From positions 1,024,001 to 1,088,000 of the forward strand of contig CAVQMO010000001.1 in the NCBI GenBank assembly GCA_963713605.1: 64,000 nucleotides of DNA, given 5' to 3'. Within the stretch, counting starts at the first letter, position 1. Each line of letters starts with the position of its first letter. Under the pieces are notes generated by a model. The model was given only the letters and a program-made list of their open reading frames with translations. It ran no database searches and was not told where the DNA came from. This document shows positions 32,345 to 42,725 of this stretch, piece by piece. A program made the position numbers and the translations under genes. Origin of the DNA: an uncultured Nitrososphaerales archaeon. Its GTDB lineage: Archaea; Thermoproteota; Nitrososphaeria; Nitrososphaerales; Nitrososphaeraceae.

Positions 32345-33781
32345 CTAACTAATTTCACCGCATGTTAGCCTACATATCACATTCACATCATTCACATTGG
32401 TCAGCGTCTTTCCGGTTATTATTTGGGAACCAAGTTTCTTGAAAGCAGTGCTCGCTGTCATGATTCTCCAGATACTTTTGTAATTCTTCCTTTGTGCTAG
32501 GACTATTTTGATTCACCATCGTGCCGGTGACCAATGCCCCAGCCGCCATAGAATTACCATCTATCCCATCAGTTCCTACACAGCAAATCGACACCTCTTG
32601 GCTGGAAGTTTCAAGCGACAATAGTGCGTGTAATGCTGCTTCCTGATTCCGACCACCGGTTCCATTTTTTCCTGGCTTATTTAGCATGACTGTAGTTTCT
32701 CCACCAAGGACGATTGAGAATGGGACAGACAATGATTTCAGCCCATTTGCCAACAGAGAGAGCCATTTCCCGTGTTCTGCTACGTCTCCGTCAAAATGGG
32801 AACCCAATACCAGTGTATCTATTTTTTTTGATCTTAAATACTGCGAAGCTGCATCGCAAGCCGTCGCATTATTCCCGATTATAGCATATTCCGCTTTTCT
32901 CTCATAATCGAAAGTATGTTGACGACCATTCTCCTCAACCTCGATCCCAGTTGTAATAGCCTTCCTAATTCTCTTTAAGTGTGAATTATCAACATTCCAA
33001 ATATCATATTTTGACAATATTCTCTTTGCATCCATAAATGAAGCATTATTAGCATATGTGGGACCCGAGGCAATCGTCTGGATTCCGTCACCAATGACGT
33101 CCGAAATTATAAAAGTCAAAAAGGTAGTTGAGGAAGGTGCAAATCGGATCAGCTTTCCCCCTTTTACCTGTGAAAGGTGCATTCGGTACTACATTCAAAT
33201 CTTGAATTGGAGCCCCGGACGAAAGCAAAGATTGCGTAACGTATTTCTTATCAGTCAACGTAATCCCTTTCATTGGAAGAGACAGGAGAGCAGATCCTCC
33301 TCCTGATAGTAGCACAAAAACTAGGTCACGAGGTTTGGCCCGCCGAAGAATACTAACTATTCTTTCAGTACCCTTTATGCTATTGATGTCAGGTAATGGG
33401 TGCCCAGCTTCAACTACATCGATTTCACGGATTCTTTTTGAAGTCCCATACGGGGTAATAATTGAACCCGAAATATGCAAAGAATTATCCTTGCCTTGTC
33501 TAAGTACGTTCATCAGGCCCACTGCCATGGGCACGGAGGCCTTTCCAGCGCCAACTATATAGAACTTGTCGTATCTTGATAAGTCATATGTTAATGTTCT
33601 ATTTCTAATATCCGTTACAAATAATCTATCTCGATTCTTATTAACAGCCTTTGACATCAATTTCACAGGCTCAACCCCTGTTATGGCTCGCTTCCACTGC
33701 AGACAGTGCGAATTTGCATGAAGTTATTCCATGGTACCTTTTCAATAAAGAATTCTTATTGCGAATAGCGAAATTTGTCAT
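32345..33781 (-). CDS. Glycerate 2-kinase (DUF4147/MOFRL; several frameshifts)
   Basis: GAGKAS, AGHPLPD, LSGGGSAL, SDVIGD, IASGPT, GGETTV, GGRNQE, GTDGIDG, TNVND. Confidence 0.9.
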
Positions 33782-34021
33782 CTGTTACGTGAGAGATATG
33801 AGAAGGCATTCTGGATATGAAGATTGGCATTCCGCTTGTAAATTTTCTTGGATCTTTTTGTAAAAATAGTATAAAAAAAACCTTTACAAATTGGTTTTGC
33901 GGCTGCACAACTTTACAAATCATTTCAATAGTTGCCTGAAGGACAAATGATTATTCATGAAGTACATTTACAGTTTCCAATTTTTCTCAAGATACATTAA
34001 TCTAGGAATTGATGCAGAGAT

Positions 34022-34396
34022 ATGGTGCTCGTGGTAGATGAAATGGTGCTAGATCTTAAATTGAGAGGTCTATCAGGAAGAAGAGGGCTTATGTTCGTTC
34101 CCTATTATGGAAGATCACGGGCGTTTATCGGCAATTACAGATCTTGGAAAGAATTCAATTCAGATGGGCGTATCGCCGAAATAGCAAGCTCCTTACTAAG
34201 TCACGAAACGCTTCATCTTACCCTAAACAAGATATCCTTTAGTGCTTCTGCGCAATTGGATGAACTCTTTGGTCAATCAAACTATTGGGAGAGATACGCC
34301 CATGGATTAGGTGAACTTGAAAATCTTCAATGCCATAGGCCTCCTATCTCAAAGAACGCTGGAAAGCGTGCCAGAAGAAGAAGCAGAAAAAAGTAG
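34022..34396 (+). CDS. Hypothetical protein with HExxH motif
   Basis: 124-aa ORF containing SHETLH and a basic C-terminal tail. Confidence 0.65.
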   Translation: MVLVVDEMVLDLKLRGLSGRRGLMFVPYYGRSRAFIGNYRSWKEFNSDGRIAEIASSLLSHETLHLTLNKISFSASAQLDELFGQSNYWERYAHGLGELENLQCHRPPISKNAGKRARRRSRKK

Positions 34397-34581
34397 CATT
34401 TCAACAAGCTAGTCATAGTGTCTTGGCAGCTTCCATGATTTGCCAAGATGGTTAATGAATTCAGGTTGGTTATCAAGGTCGTAAACTGATCAAGTTTTGA
34501 ATACGAGTTGAACGACCACGGACTTGTGAAATTGGATCCCATTGAAAATAAATATGGTCTGTATTCCACATAAAGCAAATT

Positions 34582-36006
34582 TTGCCTTCAAAGAGGAAAA
34601 TGGATGTCCATTTTGTCAGGCTTGACGTTCCCGCCGATCAATTCAAAATATTTGAAAGGATATACAAGATTTTTGATACCGTTTTCCTGTTAGAATCATT
34701 ACACGGGCCCAAAGAATTATCGGAAATCTCTATCATTGGCTTCGATCCATTGAGTAAAGTCACAATTCAAAACAATAGGATTACTATGGTTAAGGGAGAA
34801 GAATCAACACAATCTGATAAAACTGATGACCCTATCTCATCGATCAAAAGTATTCTCCCCTATGTAGAAGATCAACGCTTTCGGTACGTAGGCGGGGCAG
34901 TCGGATACATCTCTTATGATGCCGTCAATTCCTGGGAAAATGTGAGGTCGAAAAATAAGAAAAAGAAATTCCTTTCTGACACTTTTCCAATGCTAGAATT
35001 CGGTATTTACACCGATGGGATCATAGTGGATCACGCGTCAACCAATGTGTATTATTTTTATCAGGGTGGAGCTTCACGTTCCGATAAAATATCCAAGTTT
35101 CTTAAGAATCGTGACGAAGCGAATTATGGGGAGCCATTTAATTTCTCTTCGCCTATCAATAATGTCTCAAGAAATCAATATGTGGATATGGTGAAAAAGG
35201 CAAAGGAATTCATCTATCGGGGAGATATCTTTCAGGCCGTTCTATCTCGGAATTTGCGGTTCAGGGTTAGGGGCGATCCGTTGTACGTTTATCAAAGTCT
35301 AAGACAGATCAACCCATCGCCTTATATGTATTTTCTAAAAACTGGCAGTGGAGTCCAGATTATAGGGTCCAGCCCAGAGATGCTGTTGCGCGTTTCAGAG
35401 GGATATCTAGAGACTTATCCTATTGCTGGTACAAGGCCTGTTGTAGCCGAGCCTGAAACAAACGATAAGCTCATGAAAGAGCTCATGAATGACAAGAAGG
35501 AAATTGCCGAACATACAATGTTAGTCGATTTGGCTAGGAATGATGTGGGTAGGGTTAGCAAGTATGGGTCAGTAAATGTTAAAGATTTGATGACAGTAAG
35601 GCGATTTAGTCACGTTCAACATATGGTGACACATGTATCTGGATCATTAAGAGATTCCTATGATCAGTTTGATGCCTTTAAGGCTCTCTTTCCAGCGGGG
35701 ACGGTATCTGGCGCACCGAAAATACGGGCAATGGAAATTATAGACGGATTGGAGCCTTCGAGAAGAGGTCCTTACGCAGGTGCGCTAGGATATTTTTCTT
35801 CGAACGGCTCGTGTGATTTTGCAATCATACTTCGATCGCTTTTTATCCGGGGAAACGAGGCATACGCCCAAGCAGGTGCAGGAATTGTTATGGAATCAGA
35901 TCCTCATACTGAGTGGAGCGAAACAGAGCAGAAGCTAAATGCAGTGCTTCTAGCCTTGCAAGATGCAAAGGTAAAAGGGACGGAATTGGAATCAACTGGT
36001 AGCTAA
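34582..36006 (+). CDS. trpE: Anthranilate synthase component I
   Basis: LLES, GDIFQ, NPSPYM, SSPE, PIAGT, EHTMLVDLARND, FPAGTVSGAPK. Confidence 0.88.
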   Translation: MPSKRKMDVHFVRLDVPADQFKIFERIYKIFDTVFLLESLHGPKELSEISIIGFDPLSKVTIQNNRITMVKGEESTQSDKTDDPISSIKSILPYVEDQRFRYVGGAVGYISYDAVNSWENVRSKNKKKKFLSDTFPMLEFGIYTDGIIVDHASTNVYYFYQGGASRSDKISKFLKNRDEANYGEPFNFSSPINNVSRNQYVDMVKKAKEFIYRGDIFQAVLSRNLRFRVRGDPLYVYQSLRQINPSPYMYFLKTGSGVQIIGSSPEMLLRVSEGYLETYPIAGTRPVVAEPETNDKLMKELMNDKKEIAEHTMLVDLARNDVGRVSKYGSVNVKDLMTVRRFSHVQHMVTHVSGSLRDSYDQFDAFKALFPAGTVSGAPKIRAMEIIDGLEPSRRGPYAGALGYFSSNGSCDFAIILRSLFIRGNEAYAQAGAGIVMESDPHTEWSETEQKLNAVLLALQDAKVKGTELESTGS

Positions 36007-36036
36007 CTTTTCATAGAGTAGAAAATCATTCTCAGC

Positions 36037-36207
36037 TCAAGTTTTTTCCATCTGCAAGACAAAATCATACGGGTTCAAGCTAACTCCGCATGAATTGCAT
36101 CTTCCATTGAAGGGTCTTAATACATCCTTGACAGATTTCATGTTGATTATTCTATTAATTCTACCACCACATTTTTCACAAATTATTTCAATTGAAGGAA
36201 ATGACAT
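36037..36207 (-). CDS. 56-aa double-CxxC Zn-ribbon microprotein (missed by ORF track)
   Basis: MSFPSIEIICEKCGGRINRIINMKSVKDVLRPFNGRCNSCGVSLNPYDFVLQMEKT*. Confidence 0.75.
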   Translation of the reverse strand: MSFPSIEIICEKCGGRINRIINMKSVKDVLRPFNGRCNSCGVSLNPYDFVLQMEKT

Positions 36208-36367
36208 AAGGTGTAACCTTTGTTTTCTAATGCCTGAATATGAAATGATTTGTAAACTATCTTAAACTTTTTGCTATGGCAAATGCTCGCTAATTGAGAA
36301 TAGAACCGGTGATTCAACTGTAAAAGGTAAGAAAGATTAAATAACAAAACTAGGACTATAACAGTTC

Positions 36368-36517
36368 TTGCCTCTGGATCCTGTGTGTGGGATAGAGTTA
36401 TCACAAGAGCTTGCAATCCCATTGAATTATCACGGTAAGGAATACTTTTTCTGTTGTGAAGGGTGCAAGGGCATCTTTACAAGAAAACCCAAAAAGTATT
36501 CGGGTCGGAAGGCTTAA
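36368..36517 (+). CDS. 49-aa YHS/TRASH metal-binding protein (missed by ORF track)
   Basis: MPLDPVCGIEL...YHGKEYFFCCEGCKGIF...KPKKY. Confidence 0.85.
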   Translation: MPLDPVCGIELSQELAIPLNYHGKEYFFCCEGCKGIFTRKPKKYSGRKA

Positions 36518-36579
36518 TATCTGCCAATCATGGCTAGGTTCATAAAGATGCTCAGAGGCAACAAGATTTGTGAATTTTC

Positions 36580-37650
36580 ATGAAGGCAGTATTTGTTACT
36601 TCTCCCGATGGGGTGGTTGTAAAGGATGTTCCAGCACCATATCCGAAGAAAGATGAGATTGTCGTCCGAATGAAAGTATGTGGTTTATGCGGATCCGATC
36701 TAGAGAAAACTAGAATCTCGTATGGAATGGGTTCGACCAAATTGGGCCATGAACCAGTCGGAGAGATAGTCAAGGTAGGAAACCAAGTTACCGACTTCAA
36801 GGAAATGGAACGAGTCTTTGCACATCATCACGTTCCATGTTATTCATGCTACTACTGCTCGCATAACTCCGAAACTATGTGTGATTCGTATCAATTAAAC
36901 AATCTGCAACCATGTGGATTATCTGAAGAATTTCTTGTTTCATCTATGCATCTCCAACGAGGAGGAGTTCTCAAACTTCCAATATCAGTAACTGATGAAG
37001 AGGGTGCATTGATTGAGCCCCTGGCATGTTGTATTAGAGCCCTCACTAAATGTGACCTGAAGAGTATGGAGGATATTGTAATCTTGGGAGCTGGACCAGT
37101 AGGTATGATGAACGCTCTATTAGCTAGGGATGCGGGAGTCAATAGGGTGGTATTGATTGATCCTAACGAATTTAGGTTGGAATTCGGCAAAAGGATGGGA
37201 TTTGACATTTTACACCCTGTTAAGGAGGAGGAGAAAATTAGAGGCCTAAAAGACACTCTGTCCGGTAGAGGGGCAGATCTGGTTGTTGTTGCAACCGGCA
37301 ATCAAACAGCATTTACTCAATCTTTAAAAATCGTGAGAAAGGGTGGGTCAATCATTCTTTTTGGCGTTCCTGCAAAATCGTCTACTGCGGAGGTTGATCT
37401 CTCATTTCTGTATGCTAACGAGATTTCGATCTTATCTTCGTACACGGCGACCGAGCGAGAAACCAACCAAGCTTTGAGGCTGCTAGGCAACAGACGATTG
37501 AATTTTGGAAGCCTAATAACACATAAATTCGAGTTGGAAAACTCGGTATCGGCTTTTAGATGTGCCCATGATGCACGAGACGCTATGAAGGTTGTGATAT
37601 TCAATCAGAAAAGAAATAATAGGGTCCAATCGTCGTCTTGTATGAGCTAG
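36580..37650 (+). CDS. Zn-dependent alcohol dehydrogenase (MDR, sorbitol/threonine DH-like)
   Basis: GLCGSD, GHE, CYSCYYC...C, EPLAC, GAGPVG. Confidence 0.92.
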   Translation: MKAVFVTSPDGVVVKDVPAPYPKKDEIVVRMKVCGLCGSDLEKTRISYGMGSTKLGHEPVGEIVKVGNQVTDFKEMERVFAHHHVPCYSCYYCSHNSETMCDSYQLNNLQPCGLSEEFLVSSMHLQRGGVLKLPISVTDEEGALIEPLACCIRALTKCDLKSMEDIVILGAGPVGMMNALLARDAGVNRVVLIDPNEFRLEFGKRMGFDILHPVKEEEKIRGLKDTLSGRGADLVVVATGNQTAFTQSLKIVRKGGSIILFGVPAKSSTAEVDLSFLYANEISILSSYTATERETNQALRLLGNRRLNFGSLITHKFELENSVSAFRCAHDARDAMKVVIFNQKRNNRVQSSSCMS

Positions 37651-37657
37651 AAGAATC

Positions 37658-38470
37658 ATGAATTGGGGGATGAAAAACCGGTTGTCTCAAATTATAGACC
37701 AGGATGACGGGCGATGTGTCATGCTTGCAGTAGATCATGGTTACTTTTTGGGCCCTACAGAAGGATTAGAGACTCCTAGAGAGGTTATCAGCCCTCTGTT
37801 GCCATTCGCTGATTCTATTATGCTCACTAGAGGCATTCTTAGAACATCTGTCCGTCCAGAGTCTTGCGTTCCGGTAGTTCTTCGGGTCTCTGGAGGAAGT
37901 AGCATAATTGGAGAAGACCTTTCCAAGGAGGCAGTAATCGCAAGTATCGAGGACGCCATCAGGCTCAACGCAAGCTGTCTTGCTGTATCAGTGTTCGTCG
38001 GAAGCAAGTATGAACACCAAACTTTAATGAATTTAGCAAGATTGGTCGACGAGGGTGAGAGGTACGGCATTCCAATTCTCGCGGTTACAGCAGTTGGAAA
38101 AGAGATGTCTCGTGATTCAAGATATTTGGGGCTTGCATGTAGAATTGCTGCAGAGTTTGGAGCTCACATTGTGAAGACTTATTATTGTAGTGATTTTGAA
38201 ACAGTAGTGAGGTCCTGCCCGGTACCATTAGTTATCGCCGGAGGTAAGAAACTCGATGAAAAAGAAGCCTTAACGCTGGCACATGACGCAATTTCCTCTG
38301 GGGCATCAGGGGTAGACATGGGTAGAAATATTTGGCAATCAAAAACTCCTGTCTCTATGATTAAAGCAGTAAGATCGATTGTTCATAAGGGTCTTAATGT
38401 TGAAGAAGCATATAATACCTTCATTCATGTGCCAACCAATGCAAACGTGACAACTAAACTCCAAGAGTAA
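37658..38470 (+). CDS. lsrF: LsrF-like thiolase/class I aldolase (DhnA family)
   Basis: MNWGMKNRL, MLAVDHGYFLGP, VKTYY, IAGGKK, GVDMGRNI. Confidence 0.8.
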   Translation: MNWGMKNRLSQIIDQDDGRCVMLAVDHGYFLGPTEGLETPREVISPLLPFADSIMLTRGILRTSVRPESCVPVVLRVSGGSSIIGEDLSKEAVIASIEDAIRLNASCLAVSVFVGSKYEHQTLMNLARLVDEGERYGIPILAVTAVGKEMSRDSRYLGLACRIAAEFGAHIVKTYYCSDFETVVRSCPVPLVIAGGKKLDEKEALTLAHDAISSGASGVDMGRNIWQSKTPVSMIKAVRSIVHKGLNVEEAYNTFIHVPTNANVTTKLQE

Positions 38471-38646
38471 ATTGCCCGATTTTTAGACTGGAATAACACT
38501 TATAAATTATGACTGCAGCATCTGGTCAGATACATAATTTGAAATATGTTGTTGAGGAATCCATGTTTGCATGATGGAAGGAAGATAAACAAGACAGATT
38601 ACTTTGTTCCGTTTCGTTTGTTGTGTTGTGGAGGAAAGGCTAAATT

Positions 38647-40335
38647 ATGACTAGGATGAAGGGTGCAGATGCCCTGATGCGGTCTCTGGAAAAGGAAGGA
38701 GTTGATTTTGTATTTGGTCTACCAGGAGGAGCAAACCTTCCGATTTACGACGCGCTGGTAGATGCAAAGATTCGGCACATTCTTGTCAGACATGAACAAT
38801 CGGCTGCCCATATGGCAGATGGGTATGCGAGGATTAAAAGAAGGGCTGGGGTATGTTTCGCAACATCCGGCCCTGGCGCAACAAATTTGATAACCGGCAT
38901 AGCAACAGCTTACGCTGACTCTTCACCTATGGTTGCGGTCACCGGTCAAGTTCCTTTGGAGATGATAGGAAAGGACGCCTTCCAGGAAACAGACATAATA
39001 GGGATAGCAAACCCATGTACAAAATATACATTTCAGCCTAGAAAGGCTATCGAAATACCAGAAACAGTTAAGAAGGGATTTTATATTGCTGAAAGTGGAA
39101 GGCCAGGTCCAGTCTTAATCGATATTCCAAAAGACGTTCAACAGGACACTCAGGATATGGAGTTTCCTGATCTAATAAAAGTGAGAGGATATAATCCCGC
39201 TATTGAGAGCGATCTTTCAAACATCGAAAAAGCTACTGAATTATTATTGGCGGCTCAACGCCCTATAATCATGTCTGGTGGCGGCGTAATCCTGGCAGGA
39301 GCGTTTTCAGAATTGGAAGTGCTTGCAGAATTATTAATGGCGCCAGTTGTTACAACGTTCAAGGGAAAGGGGTCATTCCCTGAAAATCATCCTTTAGCCA
39401 TGGGACCTATCGGAATGCACGGCCATGCAGAGGCTAACAAGATCATTTTAGAGGCAGATTGTATTTTGGCTGTTGGAGCAAGATTTTCAGATAGGTCGGT
39501 TGGAAGATTTGATGAATTTGGTAAAGGCATCAATATAATTCATATGGATATTGATCCTGCTGAAATTGGCAAGAATAAATCTGTTGATGTCGCCATTGTC
39601 GGAGATGTAAAATCATCTATGAAAACTATGTTCAAGATTCTGAACAAAAAAATGGTCAAGGGTAGTGTGGAAAACCCTTGGTTAAAGAGAAGAAAGGAGT
39701 TAATAGATTACTATACGGAGAGCATCAAGGATTACCCGAGAGACCTTACTGCCAGGAAGGCACTCAAGAAGTTGAGACAGGTACTTCCCAATAACGCTAT
39801 TGTTACAACAGAGGTGGGACAATGTCAGATGTGGACATCACTTCATTTCGATGTTATCTCTCCAGGTACTTTTTTCAGTTCCACTGGCCTTGGAACTATG
39901 GGTTTTGGATTTCCTGCTGCAATTGGAGCTAAGGCTGCACGACAGAACGTTCCTGTCGTCGATATTGCTGGTGACGGATCATTTAATATGAGTGAAAACT
40001 CTCTTGCCGTATCTGTTTTAGAAAATCTCCCAGTTATAGTTATCTTGCTGAACAATTACATGCTCGGAATGGTTGCTCAATGGCAGAGAACATTCTATAA
40101 TAGAAGGTACCAGGGAGTTCATCTTCATAATTGCCCTGATTACGCGAAAGTTGCAGATGCATATGGTGCTCAAGGAATAAAGGTACAATCACTTTCGGAA
40201 TTAGATAACGCAATTAGATCAGCCTTAAAGAGTAATGTTGCCACCGTAATAGACATTCCAATTGATCCAGAGGAAGATGTTTATCCTTTTGTCGCTCCTG
40301 GGACAGGACTAAAGGATATGGTTATTGGTTCATGA
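38647..40335 (+). CDS. ilvB: Acetolactate synthase large subunit
   Basis: FGLPGGA, RHEQ, TSGPGATN, GRPGPV, GDGSFNM, LGMVAQWQ. Confidence 0.96.
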   Translation: MTRMKGADALMRSLEKEGVDFVFGLPGGANLPIYDALVDAKIRHILVRHEQSAAHMADGYARIKRRAGVCFATSGPGATNLITGIATAYADSSPMVAVTGQVPLEMIGKDAFQETDIIGIANPCTKYTFQPRKAIEIPETVKKGFYIAESGRPGPVLIDIPKDVQQDTQDMEFPDLIKVRGYNPAIESDLSNIEKATELLLAAQRPIIMSGGGVILAGAFSELEVLAELLMAPVVTTFKGKGSFPENHPLAMGPIGMHGHAEANKIILEADCILAVGARFSDRSVGRFDEFGKGINIIHMDIDPAEIGKNKSVDVAIVGDVKSSMKTMFKILNKKMVKGSVENPWLKRRKELIDYYTESIKDYPRDLTARKALKKLRQVLPNNAIVTTEVGQCQMWTSLHFDVISPGTFFSSTGLGTMGFGFPAAIGAKAARQNVPVVDIAGDGSFNMSENSLAVSVLENLPVIVILLNNYMLGMVAQWQRTFYNRRYQGVHLHNCPDYAKVADAYGAQGIKVQSLSELDNAIRSALKSNVATVIDIPIDPEEDVYPFVAPGTGLKDMVIGS

Positions 40336-40873
40336 GGCTTAATAGACAGATGAGTCAATTCGGGAATGTTCCAGAAAAAAAGACTTCCGACGATGTTTAC
40401 ATTTTATCTGCACTAGTTGAAGATAAGCCAGGAGTTCTCTTTCGAGTCACTAATTTGTTTAGGGCTAGAAATTTCAACATAGAAAGTATTACTGTGGGTT
40501 ACAGTGAGTCTGCTGATCTTTCGAGAATGACTATAACTACTAGAAGTGATGATCGTACATTAGATCAACTTGTAAAGCAACTAGGAAAACTCATTGATGT
40601 AGTAGAGGTACGGGTATGGATAGAGCTAACACCGTCTATAGGGAATTAGCTCTGATAAAAATGAATGCTCAGGATCCGACCTCCAGGGCTGAAATTACTA
40701 ATCTTGCTTCCGTTTTTCGTGGGAAAATACTCGACATAGACAAATTTACACTAACGGTTGAGATCACAGGAACTCCGAGCAAGATTGACGCATTTAGGAA
40801 TTTGGTATCGGACTTTGGCGTAGTTCAACTGGCACGTACTGGTGTCTCTGCATTGCCAAGGGGATCAGCTTAA
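40332..40873 (+). CDS. ilvN: Acetolactate synthase small regulatory subunit (frameshift near 40613)
   Basis: EDKPGVL, RNFNIES, SRMTI, QLGKL, RELAL, LARTG. Confidence 0.92.
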
Positions 40874-41024
40874 TCCTCAAATAGATACGGACCAGATGGT
40901 CGAAGTTGAAAACAGAACATTTGATAGCTTATTAAGGGGATCAGGTCCCCTCAAATGCAGTTGGGATGCGGGACTCGTAAACTCTTAGCAAAGGTGCTTC
41001 AAAACGACACGATATAAAATAGCA

Positions 41025-42035
41025 ATGCTCAGGGGTGACGGAATAGGACCCGAATTAATCGACTCTGCGACGTCTATCTTGAACGCAATAAATGACAATT
41101 CGTCAGTAAAATTTTCCTTAGTTCCCGTAGAAGCAGGAGATGACGCACTTACAAGGTTCAGTAAGGCTTTACCAGAATTCACTTTATCGGCTATCCGTAA
41201 ATCAGATGCATGTTTGAAGGGGCCTGTGGGGGAGAGTGCTGCAGATGTTATACTCGTCATTCGACAGCTCTTCGACCTCTATGCGAATATCAGACCCCTG
41301 AAGTCATATCCTAATACAAATTCTCTACACAAAAATATCGATCTGGTTGTAGTGAGAGAGAATACTGAGGACTTATACCTTGGGTGGGAATTTTGGTCAG
41401 ACGAGGAAACTGTTATTTCTCTCAGACGGACCAGCAAGAAAGCCATTGAAAGAATAACTGAGTACGGCTTTAAACTAGCCAATTTAAGAAACAGACAGAG
41501 AAAGGTAAGTTTAGTCCACAAAGCGAACGTATTAAAGGAGAGCGACGGATTGTTCAGGAAAGTATGCTCTGGAATCGCATCATTACACATGGATATTCAA
41601 TTCGAAGAGATGTACGTCGATGCATGTGCGATGAATCTTATTCGGAATCCTCAGGATTTCGATATAATCGTAACGTCAAACCTTTTTGGCGACATTATAT
41701 CCGACGAAGCTGCACAAGTCGTCGGAGGATTAGGTATGGGTCCATCAGCAAATATCGGAAACGATTTTGGAGTGTTTGAACCAGTTCACGGAGCAGCTTT
41801 TGATATCCAAGGTAAGAATGTTTCAAACCCTACTTCCATCTTGCTCTCGACTAGATTGATGCTTCAATGGTTAGGAACAGAGCGTAATGACAAGCAGGTC
41901 ATGTTAGAAGGAGATCGGATAGAGAAGGCAATTTTGCGAATGTTGAATGAAAACAAGAAGACAAAAGACCAGGGTGGTACACTGACAACAAAAGAATTCA
42001 CAAAGAGCGTCATGTCTTATTTATATGTAAACTAG
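41025..42035 (+). CDS. leuB: Isocitrate/isopropylmalate dehydrogenase family, probably 3-isopropylmalate dehydrogenase
   Basis: GDGIGPE, RENTEDLY, HKANV, NLFGDIISD, EPVHG; true start is probably ~30 nt upstream (YKIAM); leuB inferred from ilvBN adjacency. Confidence 0.75.
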   Translation: MLRGDGIGPELIDSATSILNAINDNSSVKFSLVPVEAGDDALTRFSKALPEFTLSAIRKSDACLKGPVGESAADVILVIRQLFDLYANIRPLKSYPNTNSLHKNIDLVVVRENTEDLYLGWEFWSDEETVISLRRTSKKAIERITEYGFKLANLRNRQRKVSLVHKANVLKESDGLFRKVCSGIASLHMDIQFEEMYVDACAMNLIRNPQDFDIIVTSNLFGDIISDEAAQVVGGLGMGPSANIGNDFGVFEPVHGAAFDIQGKNVSNPTSILLSTRLMLQWLGTERNDKQVMLEGDRIEKAILRMLNENKKTKDQGGTLTTKEFTKSVMSYLYVN

Positions 42036-42140
42036 CTGTCTCATCCTTGCAACTCGAATTCGTCAAAATTGATCGCACAACGGCGCTAGCTTAAACCGTG
42101 AAGGATTGTATATAAGTCTGGACGTCGCTAAATTCATCAT

Positions 42141-42336
42141 TATGGAGGTCAATGGTGAGATAATAACGGGGATCGCTCTGATTTTCTTATCAGCGTTGTT
42201 TCTTTATGCTGGGACTACTAACGAGGCTTGGTCACTTTTGGTCCCTGCAGACTATCTGATATTAGCTATTGGTTTTGGCTTTCTGACCCTAGGTATCATT
42301 ACATTACGAAGAAAAAAGAAGCACCAGATAGCCTGA
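42141..42336 (+). CDS. Small two-TM membrane protein
   Basis: MEVNGEIITGIALIFLS...ADYLILAIGFGFLTLGIITLRRKKK; two hydrophobic helices and a basic tail. Confidence 0.7.
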
Positions 42337-42415
42337 AGTTGGGGATAACTAGTTTATTTTAATTGATAGGATCTTTGGCCAGATTTATAAATAGGCTTCA
42401 CTCTATTTTTATAAA

Positions 42416-42586
42416 TTGGGTAGTCGCAGAAAATCAAGAAATAAGCCAATAAGGAAGACCAGGACCGTGGAGGGAAGATGTCCTAAATGTACGACGATCG
42501 TAAGGTTTAATGTAAGTGGCCAAGTAGGTGATGAAATTTATGAATGCACCGGCTGTATGTCAAAGTTTCATATTGACACTCTCTAG
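42416..42586 (+). CDS. 56-aa basic Zn-ribbon microprotein (missed by ORF track)
   Basis: MGSRRKSRNKPIRKTRTVEGRCPKC...YECTGCMSKFHIDTL*; TTTATAAA ~25 nt upstream. Confidence 0.75.
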   Translation: MGSRRKSRNKPIRKTRTVEGRCPKCTTIVRFNVSGQVGDEIYECTGCMSKFHIDTL

Positions 42587-42725
42587 TGCTCGACTACTAA
42601 TCTCGGATTAGTGCCAGATCGATCTGCTTGGTTGACGATAGATCCAAGATAAATTTCGCAATGATGAATGCTTCGTAACGATCAAAAAGGCATATAGGAT
42701 AAAAGGCTTCATATGAGTTCAATGG

